This document shows, in pieces, positions 6,314 to 13,967 of a stretch of DNA of 13,967 nt. A program made the translations under genes and the position numbers. How positions within the stretch are numbered: position 1 is the first letter of the stretch; every line of letters starts with the position of its first letter. The notes beneath the pieces were generated by a model. It worked only from the letters and a program-made list of their open reading frames with translations, had not been told where the DNA came from and searched no databases. This stretch comes from Candidatus Hermodarchaeota archaeon (GTDB lineage Archaea; Asgardarchaeota; Hermodarchaeia; Hermodarchaeales; Hermodarchaeaceae): the NCBI GenBank assembly GCA_016839365.1, contig JAEOUH010000021.1, forward strand, positions 1 through 13,967. The letters run 5' to 3'.

Positions 6314-6982
6314 TTACATGAGCACTGTCAATAAATGAGATATGAGTATGAAAGTAGCCCCAAAGGCAACTAGATTGATGAAAAGAGTTCTAATGGGGCC
6401 ATCAACCGTCTTGTTTAGACGATAGCCAGTAATAAGGATAGTAGAAACCGAAGCTACAACAACATAAACTGAAGACGTTGAGGAGAAACCAACAGTACTA
6501 GTCCATCCACTCTGATAGAAAGCGAGTGAAAGTAAAGGCGCAATAGCCGCAATCATACCAATAACAACAGCAGAGACAAATGAAAGGGCAAATACTTTCA
6601 CTCTTTGGCCTCTGACTAAGTTCTGTCGGTTCTTTGTCATTGCATGATTCTTTCTAACTTGCTTTAGAACTTGCAACATTCTATTTCCACCCAATACCGA
6701 GCCTTTTTCGATGAACCGTACAAATAATTCCAACAGGCGAGAATAACGGCTGCTGCCATATGCGATAACTAAATCCGACCAGGCACCATGAAAGGTTTTC
6801 ACTCCATTAGTCACGTCGTTTATCGCCACAAGAAGGTTTTCAGGTGTTTGCTTTCCAAAGTAGAGAAAAGTTCTGACCAAAGCATATTCCGGACTAATTC
6901 CTGAGGCTAGTTCAGTTGAAAGATGAGTGAGAAAATCAAGAAATTGGTCAAATTCAGTTCCTTCTAGCGGCATACCATTCAC
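6314..6982 (-). CDS. TadB/TadC-like (T2SS F family) pilus platform membrane protein
   Basis: FLTHLSTELASGISPEYAL is a GspF-type start, followed by a helical domain and about 3 C-terminal TM segments. Start overlaps the upstream stop by 4 nt. Confidence 0.75.
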   Translation of the reverse strand: MNGMPLEGTEFDQFLDFLTHLSTELASGISPEYALVRTFLYFGKQTPENLLVAINDVTNGVKTFHGAWSDLVIAYGSSRYSRLLELFVRFIEKGSVLGGNRMLQVLKQVRKNHAMTKNRQNLVRGQRVKVFALSFVSAVVIGMIAAIAPLLSLAFYQSGWTSTVGFSSTSSVYVVVASVSTILITGYRLNKTVDGPIRTLFINLVAFGATFILISHLLTVLM

Positions 6983-7764
6983 TCCCCCAACAATATCATT
7001 TCCTCTGGCAAGAGAGCTGACACTATGATCTTAGCAATCACTAGTTGAAAAATTGGTAAAAGGAGAATAAGAGGGTGATTTGCCAAGCCACGTATTGCCA
7101 CACCCAAAATGAAGATAATTGGTACAAACACCAAAACACCTGCAATTACCATCATCCGGCTCTCCCATTGTAATGTACGTCTCTCATACTTCCTTTGCAG
7201 ATCTTCATGAGCATCTAGAATTACTGCTTCAAGATTTGTAGAGGAAGCTTCTACAAACTGGATAAACGTGAGTAGCCCCCTTCGAAGAACTACCGAAGGC
7301 TGGCTGTTAGCGTATCCCCTCAGCAACTGTTCAGGAGCTGTTCCGCAATTCAGGGGTGATAACATATCAGAAAAAGCTGAGGAAACAACTCCATAGCCTC
7401 CCTTAGAGACATACTCTATTGCTTCAAAAACAGATCCCGTAGTAAGAAAAATCGTAGATAATTCCTCAAGAATATGTGGCGTCGCTTTTTCAATTTGCAC
7501 TAATTGCCTATGGTACTTGGATATCGCACCGTTCAAAGTAAATAGACAGCTCATTAGAGCAATTGTAATTCCTAACATTATTGCGCTTGGTAAAGGTAGA
7601 ACCAAATTTAGGAGACAGCTAGATCCAATCAACACTACAAAACCAATAATCACTAATCCGCTTAGGACTTGGCTAGGCTTGATAGAGCGCCGGTAAAGAT
7701 ACTCTATCGCTTCTCCAAACTCAGAAGGCATTAATCGTGTGAAGAAGCGCTTCTTCCCTGGCAC
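6979..7764 (-). CDS. TadB/TadC-like (T2SS F family) pilus platform membrane protein
   Basis: Two N-terminal TMs, a GspF-domain pattern (PHILEELSTIFLTTGSVFEAIEYVSKGGYGVVSSAF...GTAPEQLL) and two C-terminal TMs. Directly downstream of the ATPase. Confidence 0.85.
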   Translation of the reverse strand: MPGKKRFFTRLMPSEFGEAIEYLYRRSIKPSQVLSGLVIIGFVVLIGSSCLLNLVLPLPSAIMLGITIALMSCLFTLNGAISKYHRQLVQIEKATPHILEELSTIFLTTGSVFEAIEYVSKGGYGVVSSAFSDMLSPLNCGTAPEQLLRGYANSQPSVVLRRGLLTFIQFVEASSTNLEAVILDAHEDLQRKYERRTLQWESRMMVIAGVLVFVPIIFILGVAIRGLANHPLILLLPIFQLVIAKIIVSALLPEEMILLGE

Positions 7765-7777
7765 ATATTCGCCAATA

Positions 7778-9850
7778 TTAGCTAGAAAATTGATATAATC
7801 GACGGTTGTCGCCTCCCCTTTTCTCTCGCCCCTTTGTTTTTACTTGAGTGATTTCGGGGCTAATTAGATCCTTTCGTGCATACACCTCATCAAATGCTGC
7901 AACAATTTTGCCCGGATTATATTCCTGATTTGAGACTAGGGTTGTTAATGTATCCCGAAATATTTGTAGCTGCTTTCGGATAACGAGTGGCGTTATCTGC
8001 TGATACCTACAAGTCCTGGCAACGAGCGAAGTAAATAGGTCAGATACGTTCTGTTCAAGCTGACTTGAAGATTTGCTCCATTCAAAGATTGGAGTTAATA
8101 TCGCTTTTTCCGATTCAAACCGAACGTCACAAATCTGGGAAACCTTTCGGATTATCCGGCCCTGAACTACCTCCCTTACCATGTGGACTAGCAAACCAAG
8201 AGACTGAAAACACACCTCAGGTATGTCGTGATGGATCTTCCAACGTAGTAGCAATTCTTCATTTGAGTTCGCATGACATGTCTGGATTCCCTTAATACCT
8301 GCGCTGATGGCGTGAAACATTGCAGCACTATGCTCTGCTGTTTGGATTTCACCTAGAAAAACCCAATCAGGAGATCGATGCAACAACCGAATAATTTCAT
8401 TCGATTTAGTTGATTGAGTTTTTCCATATGAATCGAAGGGGTCAACTCGAAATGTAACCTTATGCCTATCTCCTTCATCTAATGAGATACTTTCCAGAGC
8501 ATCCTCAATCGCGATCTTTCTCCAACTTGGAGGTGCCAGGAGGTTAATTGCATTAGCTAGAGTCGTTTTTCCTGTTGAAGGTTCACCACTTATTGTTATG
8601 TTTATTCGAAGCGTCATACACAGAATCAGAAATGCCGCAGCTGAAAGTGAAATGGTCTTATTAGCGATAAGTTCAGGTATAGTCAGAGTTCGAATTCGGA
8701 TTTTTCTGATATTGAGATGTGGGCCGTCATAAGCAAGAGGTGGGATGTCAATGGCGGCACGAACATGAAATAAAGCTGTCTTTAGTTCCGTCTTAAGAGA
8801 GGGGTTCTGTTCATCAAGTGGTCTTCGGCTTTCCAGGCGAAGACGCGTAATGATATGTGATAGTTCTGACTCAGAAGGTGACAGGTTGGTCTTGCATCGA
8901 CCCCATACAGCATGGTCAAGATAGTATGGGGTTCCTGGTTTATCCAAGTAAATCTCCTGTACATCGTCATCTAAGAGTAAAGGCATGGTCTTTGTTAAAT
9001 TAAGAGTCTGTGCGGTAGCGTATACTGCCAGATTGTCTCGTTCGACATTGGATAACTCTTTGAAATGTGAGGCGAGATATTGCTTGAAGTCACCAATTTT
9101 TTGGTTTATCAAGGCATCAAGGGTTTGAAGTTTAACTTCATCATTGAGAAAATTTTGTTGCTGTAAAAACAGGGTTTGTAGGACTCTAGGTGAAAGGCTC
9201 TCGTTTAGAGAAACGATTGCCTGGTAATATTTTTCTAATGGTTTATTTGAAGATTCGAGCACTCGTATTGTGAATGGGTTCAAATCATATGTATCAAGAA
9301 GGTGATATGGCCCTTCAACTGGTATTGGACTGAAGGAGGTTTTCTCAGCTTTTTGAATTTTTAGATATGCTTCGAGTAAGGTCTTCGAATTAGCTGGCCC
9401 ATCCTCACCTAAGTGGCTTCTAATGATTGACACCAATCTTGTTTTATTCAATGAGGAGAGGAACTCACGTATTGTACGGTTTCGAGTCGGCTCAGAAGTT
9501 GCTTCTAATATTCTGTAAGCTGTGATAGGATCAGTATATAGCTTCCTTTCAATCTCGGGATATTCTCGATTGATTTCTGAAATATTCGCCTCGAATTTCA
9601 TAAGAGTCAAAACATACTCTTTCAGAATATCCACTGATGATCGAGGTAGCAAGATAGAGTGGGTACGGGTTATGAATTTACAGGAGAATGTGCCCTCAAC
9701 AAAAGGTAAAATCTTGAGAAATTGTTGTTGGCAAAAAGGGCTGGAGGAAATTTCACATTTGTCTGCTGCTTGATGGGAACAAATATCACAACTAAACAGT
9801 AGACATTTCGATGAATCTTGATCCTCAATCACTTGGAAAAGGCAAACCAT
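7778..9850 (-). CDS. Type II/IV secretion / pilus assembly ATPase (TadA/CpaF/VirB11/ArlI family)
   Basis: PLLLDDDVQEIY, RAAIDIPPL...LNIRK, Walker A GEPSTGKT, Asp box IEDALE, Walker B WVFLGE, His box TCHA. Long N-terminal extension with a Cys cluster. Confidence 0.93.
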   Translation of the reverse strand: MVCLFQVIEDQDSSKCLLFSCDICSHQAADKCEISSSPFCQQQFLKILPFVEGTFSCKFITRTHSILLPRSSVDILKEYVLTLMKFEANISEINREYPEIERKLYTDPITAYRILEATSEPTRNRTIREFLSSLNKTRLVSIIRSHLGEDGPANSKTLLEAYLKIQKAEKTSFSPIPVEGPYHLLDTYDLNPFTIRVLESSNKPLEKYYQAIVSLNESLSPRVLQTLFLQQQNFLNDEVKLQTLDALINQKIGDFKQYLASHFKELSNVERDNLAVYATAQTLNLTKTMPLLLDDDVQEIYLDKPGTPYYLDHAVWGRCKTNLSPSESELSHIITRLRLESRRPLDEQNPSLKTELKTALFHVRAAIDIPPLAYDGPHLNIRKIRIRTLTIPELIANKTISLSAAAFLILCMTLRINITISGEPSTGKTTLANAINLLAPPSWRKIAIEDALESISLDEGDRHKVTFRVDPFDSYGKTQSTKSNEIIRLLHRSPDWVFLGEIQTAEHSAAMFHAISAGIKGIQTCHANSNEELLLRWKIHHDIPEVCFQSLGLLVHMVREVVQGRIIRKVSQICDVRFESEKAILTPIFEWSKSSSQLEQNVSDLFTSLVARTCRYQQITPLVIRKQLQIFRDTLTTLVSNQEYNPGKIVAAFDEVYARKDLISPEITQVKTKGREKRGGDNRRLYQFSS

Positions 9851-9879
9851 ACTAACCGTAAACTTAGTTCAGAGATTCC

Positions 9880-9920
9880 TATTTAAAGCAAGAAAAAAAA
9901 TCTGATATAGGACTTTAAAT
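9880..9920. promoter_or_regulatory. Back-to-back TATA boxes for the ATPase operon (-) and the pilin-like gene (+)
   Basis: CTTTAAATA on the minus strand (9888-9880), about 30 nt upstream of ATG 9850. CTTTAAAT on the plus strand (9913-9920), about 33 nt upstream of TTG 9953. Confidence 0.55.
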
Positions 9921-9952
9921 TTCTTTTACTAAGAATAAGCTCTGGGCTTGCC

Positions 9953-10348
9953 TTGAATCAGAGTTTAGAGAAAATCGTAATAATCGGGCTTAACCTTACA
10001 CTTCTTATCACAATAGGTGTACCTTTACTCTTTTCAACTACCCAAGTACTCACCCAATCTGAAGAAATAATAGCATTCCAAGATTTCGTGCAAGAAGTTG
10101 ACCAATCGATCATTACAGCAGATCAAGAACGCGTATTTCTTACTAGACTCCTTTTTATTCCTAACAACGTGACAATTGAACCCGTGAATAATCAATTAAT
10201 ATTCAAAATATATCTAGACGATTGGCACATCGTTATCCGAACCTACAGATGTCAAATACAAGTGCTGGGGCTGCTTCATTCAGGAGGCCATCAACTTTCA
10301 GTTAATGCAACGGAATCGCTTATTCTCGTAAACTTTCAACCACTCTAG
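9953..10348 (+). CDS. Membrane-anchored protein, possible minor pilin / pilus accessory
   Basis: N-terminal QSLEKIVIIGLNLTLLITIGVPLL hydrophobic helix, then an amphipathic helix and a beta-rich domain. Divergent from the pilus ATPase. TTG start with an in-frame stop at 9908-9910. Confidence 0.6.
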   Translation: MNQSLEKIVIIGLNLTLLITIGVPLLFSTTQVLTQSEEIIAFQDFVQEVDQSIITADQERVFLTRLLFIPNNVTIEPVNNQLIFKIYLDDWHIVIRTYRCQIQVLGLLHSGGHQLSVNATESLILVNFQPL

Positions 10349-10359
10349 AAGGGAGAATT

Positions 10360-10602
10360 GTGATTATCTATCAAATACTAAGAATCGCACTCTGCTCTTG
10401 GCTTCTTCTGTTAATTGTTCAATCTGTGAGCAATGACCTTTCCTGTCTTGTCTTAATTTCTGGTGTAATAATAACGTCAATGCCCTTTGTGCTGTTTCTT
10501 TCATGGCTTGTTGGACCAGCGATTTTTCGTTCTACGTTGCTCTTCACGATGTTTACACTAATCGTAATTGTACTCCACGTAGTTCAATTAGCGATGTGGT
10601 AG
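10360..10602 (+). CDS. Small hypothetical membrane protein (about 3 TM)
   Basis: 80 aa, almost entirely hydrophobic. GTG start 11 nt after the previous stop, with GGGAG just upstream. Fills the gap up to the convergent tfb (15-nt overlap). Confidence 0.5.
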   Translation: MIIYQILRIALCSWLLLLIVQSVSNDLSCLVLISGVIITSMPFVLFLSWLVGPAIFRSTLLFTMFTLIVIVLHVVQLAMW

Positions 10603-11595
10603 CATTTTGAGAATATGCGGTTTTAGCAATTTTGCGTAGTGATCTCGCACACTGTATTCTGCAGCATTCGTTGCCTTGGAAATCAGCCGTTGAGTAAGGG
10701 CTGGTCGACGTTTTCCTAACTTTGCAATCAGAAAATCTGAACTGTAGACGACTGCAACGGCAAAGATGAACGGATTTCTTCCTCCTCGTTCGGAAACGCC
10801 AATTCTACTGAACAACTGATTCGAATACTTAACTAAATCTACCTGGTAAGCTTGAACTGAAAGACCTGCACGACGCAGTCTCAGGCGTATTGTAGGATGG
10901 TTGACGGTCTGTGACACGATACGCTGCAAGTAATCTTCACTTTTTCTCTTGATAGGTGCAAGTGGTATCTTCTTCTTGACCTCCAGGGCTTGACGGATAA
11001 TCGAGCGGCTCGTTACTCGATGCCCAAGCTTCTGAAAGGCTTCTGCGATTTCCTGAAGCGTAATGGGGGCGTTTTCCTTGGATTCTCGGACGGCCAGCAT
11101 TAACCCATAAGCCATGAGAGTGAGATGGCTTGTGATGTCGCTATTCTCGAGCTTCTTGTCCATCTTTTGATAATAATAAGCGGCTTTGTCCTTGATGCTA
11201 TCTGTCAATGAAAGTAAATCGGCTACTCGGTTGAGGGATCTTAGTGCTCGATATGTTGTTTCCCGTTTAGCGATACGCAGACGTAGATTATAATCATACT
11301 TGAGTCTTCGAAACAGTTGCTGCCTTCTTGGGGCTAAAGGTCTACCCGCTTGGTCGTAGAAGAAGCGACTGGCTTGGTAGTCAATGAAACTTCCCAGTCC
11401 ACCTACCATGGCCGATCTTTTTCCCAATGCAACATACGCTTTAGACTGCGAGGAAGAACAATCCTCATCTCTATGCATCTGGTAAGGTGAACTCACTATC
11501 TGCCGTGCCAACACTAGACCGCAGGCGGCGCAAACGTATTCTCCGTTCGTAAGCACAGTGTATCCCGAACATTCATTGCATTGCAGGTTCTCCAT
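10588..11595 (-). CDS. tfb: Transcription initiation factor IIB (TFB) family protein, divergent paralog
   Basis: N-terminal Zn ribbon CNEC...GEYVCAACGLVL, B-linker RRLK, and two cyclin repeats (LNRVADLLSL...AAYYY...ITLQEIA; GRNPFIFAVAVVY...LTQRLIS...EYSVRDHY). Confidence 0.88.
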   Translation of the reverse strand: MENLQCNECSGYTVLTNGEYVCAACGLVLARQIVSSPYQMHRDEDCSSSQSKAYVALGKRSAMVGGLGSFIDYQASRFFYDQAGRPLAPRRQQLFRRLKYDYNLRLRIAKRETTYRALRSLNRVADLLSLTDSIKDKAAYYYQKMDKKLENSDITSHLTLMAYGLMLAVRESKENAPITLQEIAEAFQKLGHRVTSRSIIRQALEVKKKIPLAPIKRKSEDYLQRIVSQTVNHPTIRLRLRRAGLSVQAYQVDLVKYSNQLFSRIGVSERGGRNPFIFAVAVVYSSDFLIAKLGKRRPALTQRLISKATNAAEYSVRDHYAKLLKPHILKMLPHR

Positions 11596-11908
11596 CTAAT
11601 TATCACTTCGAGTGATTCTGCTCTCTCAAAGTAGTACAACTCTTAACCAAAATTTCGGGGAAACACGGTGCGTTCTAAAGGCGACAAAATTCGTGCACAC
11701 CGACCGATTCGTAGGCTTCAACGAATAGTATAATCAGAGAGACACCTAGCTGAAACTACTCGAACTAATCAAAGCTGATGTGACTTACACTTTTCGTTGG
11801 TGCCAACACCGAAAAAACCTAAATCAAATACTGCCAAATGCGACTTAACAACATATAAAAACGGATGGATAATCACTACTCAGAACCAGAATATCTGGAG
11901 GACCCATT

Positions 11909-12355
11909 ATGTCACAAAGTACAGGGGCTCGACACTTTTTCAAAGAATTAGCCTCTTTGATAGGAGCCACCGTTGTAGTTAGTACCAATACTGGTAAATC
12001 TCTCACAGGAAAGATGCAAGGGTATGATCCCGCCACATTAAGTGTGATATTAGGAGAAGCTCGAGATACAAAAGGAAATCTCTTTCACCGTATTCTAATT
12101 ACTGGGCATACAATACTTGAGCTGGTAAAAACTGAGGATCCTTTTGATTTGAAAGGGTTAGCTGAGCAGTTTGAAGCCCTATTTCCTCCAGGAGAGGTGC
12201 GATTTCTTGAAGACGCCCGAGTCATTGTTGTCCTTAACAAGGTTCGCGTTACCGAGCAAGGCGTAGAAGGCACAGGACCACTCGCTGACAGAATTAGAAA
12301 GGTATACACAAGATTTGTTGAAGAACAGGAAGCTAAAGAACAAGGTGCTACCTAA
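11909..12355 (+). CDS. Lsm/Sm-like RNA-binding protein with C-terminal extension (SmAP3 type)
   Basis: Sm1/Sm2 fold (ELASLIGATVVV...GKSLTGKMQGYD...VILGEA...ILITGHTI) plus an Lsm_C-like domain (VIVVLNKVRVTEQGVEGTGPLADRI). GGAGG SD. Confidence 0.9.
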   Translation: MSQSTGARHFFKELASLIGATVVVSTNTGKSLTGKMQGYDPATLSVILGEARDTKGNLFHRILITGHTILELVKTEDPFDLKGLAEQFEALFPPGEVRFLEDARVIVVLNKVRVTEQGVEGTGPLADRIRKVYTRFVEEQEAKEQGAT

Positions 12356-12370
12356 GAAGTCACGTTCGCA

Positions 12371-13967
12371 ATGATTGAAATCCTACACAAAGATTTGCTT
12401 GCCCGAATTGCGAGGTTTGACACTAAAAGTGGAGTAGTCCATACACCCACCTTCATTCCTGTAGTTCACCCTACAAGAGAGCTAATACCACCGCGAAAAA
12501 TGTTTCAAGAATTCAACTGCCAAGTAATCATCACCAACGCATATCTTCTCTCAAAGGCCAAGTGCGAAGGGAAAGTCCATGACATCCTCGATTTTCCAGG
12601 TTCCATCATGACTGACTCAGGAGCTTACCAACTACTTACCTATGGAGATGTTCAAATTACTCCTAACCAAATAATTCGCTTTCAAGAGGAAATTGAAACC
12701 GATATTGCAGTCATTTTAGATATCCCAACAGGGGGGAATGCAACTTACAGCGAAGCGGAATTCACTGTAGAAGAAACCCTCAAGCGTGCAAATGATCTGT
12801 TTCTAAAAAGATCAAAATCAAAAATCCTATGGGTTGGTCCAATACAGGGAGGCACTTATCCTAACTTAGTCGAAAAATCCGCACGCATAATTAGTCAACT
12901 TGGCTTCTCGATATATGCTATTGGGAGTCCCACTCAACTAATGGAACAATATCAGTTCAATAAGTTAGTTGAATTAGTGCTAACTGCGAAAAGACATTTA
13001 CCATCTAACAAACCGGTTCACCTCTTTGGGGCAGGGCATCCTTTGATTTTCCCCCTCATCGTGGCCTTGGGATGTGACATGTTTGACTCTGCTGCTTATG
13101 CGTTATTCGCTCGACATGATCGCATTCTATCACCTGAAGGCACTTACCGACTAGCAGATATTCAAGATGGCTTCTGCAACTGTGCCACCTGTTCCAGATA
13201 CACGGTTTCTGAAATGAAAAAATTAGAGAAGAACATGCGTGTTCAAGTACTAGCTGAACATAATCTGCGTGTCTGCCAAGATGAGATTTCTCGGATTAAA
13301 CTAGCAATTCGGGAAGGCCGTCTCTGGCGAATGGTTGAAAGTCGGCTCGCAAGCCATCCAGCCTTAGTTGACGCAATGTATAGCTTACAATCATATCAAC
13401 CCTTTTTCGAAAAATTCTCACCTGTCACAAAAAAACGGGCACTCTACATCACTAGCCCTTGGTCTCTTTACCAACCTGAAGTTTACAGACACAAGAAACG
13501 AATGGAGCGGTTTTCGCCTCCTGAACCTGAACGAACCATGCTTCTGCTTTTTTCTGCTCCTCAGAACGGTCCCTATCATTTAGCCAAAGAATATATTCGC
13601 TTCCAAAGCCAATATCACGCCCTTGTAACAGAGTCCTCAGAACCTTTTGATACAGTTTTTGTCTCGTCCATCTTCGGTTTAGTTCCGACTGAAATAACCA
13701 ATCTTTATCCCCTTGCACAAAACTTGGTTCCGCAATCCGATTTGTTCGCAATCGACTCGGCGATTATTGAGCAATTAGGGGATTATCTAGCCAGACTGCA
13801 ACGATACACTAGGATAATCGGAATATTCGGGAAATCGAACAAATGGCAGTCATTCACTCGAAAATGTAGACGATTGCTATCAAAGCTAGGGCGAGACTTT
13901 AGGTTATTTACTACCGATTTCAGTAAGGCGTCTTTGAAATCAATAATCTCGCAGTCTTTCCTCGAAC
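12371..13967 (+). CDS. tgtA: tRNA-guanine(15) transglycosylase (archaeosine TGT), 3' end beyond the window
   Basis: Translated by hand from ATG 12371 with no stop before the window end: MIEILHKDLLARIARF...TPTFIPVV, IITNAY, MTDSGAYQ (catalytic Asp), GPIQGG, HLFGAGHP, GCDMFDSAAY, Zn site CNCATC...EHNL, FGLVP...YPLAQ. Confidence 0.97.
   Translation, partial: MIEILHKDLLARIARFDTKSGVVHTPTFIPVVHPTRELIPPRKMFQEFNCQVIITNAYLLSKAKCEGKVHDILDFPGSIMTDSGAYQLLTYGDVQITPNQIIRFQEEIETDIAVILDIPTGGNATYSEAEFTVEETLKRANDLFLKRSKSKILWVGPIQGGTYPNLVEKSARIISQLGFSIYAIGSPTQLMEQYQFNKLVELVLTAKRHLPSNKPVHLFGAGHPLIFPLIVALGCDMFDSAAYALFARHDRILSPEGTYRLADIQDGFCNCATCSRYTVSEMKKLEKNMRVQVLAEHNLRVCQDEISRIKLAIREGRLWRMVESRLASHPALVDAMYSLQSYQPFFEKFSPVTKKRALYITSPWSLYQPEVYRHKKRMERFSPPEPERTMLLLFSAPQNGPYHLAKEYIRFQSQYHALVTESSEPFDTVFVSSIFGLVPTEITNLYPLAQNLVPQSDLFAIDSAIIEQLGDYLARLQRYTRIIGIFGKSNKWQSFTRKCRRLLSKLGRDFRLFTTDFSKASLKSIISQSFLE

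Noticed and set aside
5167-9773. Small ORFs 5167-5418, 8065-8295, 8782-8970, 9522-9773
   Set aside because: Nested in or antisense to ftsZ and the ATPase, with no independent coding evidence.
6049-9850. Archaellum or conjugative T4SS interpretation of the ATPase locus
   Set aside because: No archaellin, ArlH/F/G, VirB4 or relaxase. Two split TadB/C-like genes and a tiny pilin fit a pilus better.
11596-11908. SRP RNA, RNase P RNA or C/D-box sRNA in the tfb-lsm spacer
   Set aside because: No GC-rich long helices, conserved SRP/RNase P motifs or convincing paired C/D boxes.
11797-13751. ORFs 11797-11982, 11845-12036, 12085-12309, 13368-13583, 13452-13751
   Set aside because: They overlap lsm or the long tgtA frame that the ORF track omitted because it has no stop in the window.

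Overview
Archaeal chromosomal window, most likely from an Asgard-like lineage. This is inferred from gene content (MglA-like GTPase, roadblock and DENN-like genes, cdrS-ftsZ, SmAP3-tgtA, TFB, BHB-type tRNA intron), not from a marker search. Left to right: a minus-strand run of tandem-roadblock protein, DENN/folliculin-like protein, MglA-type small GTPase and a two-subunit Fe-S fumarate/tartrate hydro-lyase; tRNA-Leu(GAG) with a 28-nt intron at non-canonical D-loop position 21/22; cdrS-ftsZ2 with helically phased TAATAC(T) repeats upstream; a Tad-like type IV pilus locus (ATPase, two TadB/C-like proteins, Flp-like pilin, divergent pilin-like gene); a divergent TFB paralog; SmAP3-type Lsm; and archaeosine tRNA-guanine transglycosylase, which runs off the window and is missing from the ORF track. 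The best candidate for an undescribed system is the translationally coupled roadblock-roadblock / DENN-like / MglA operon, which looks like a complete small-GTPase switch lying next to division and pilus genes.
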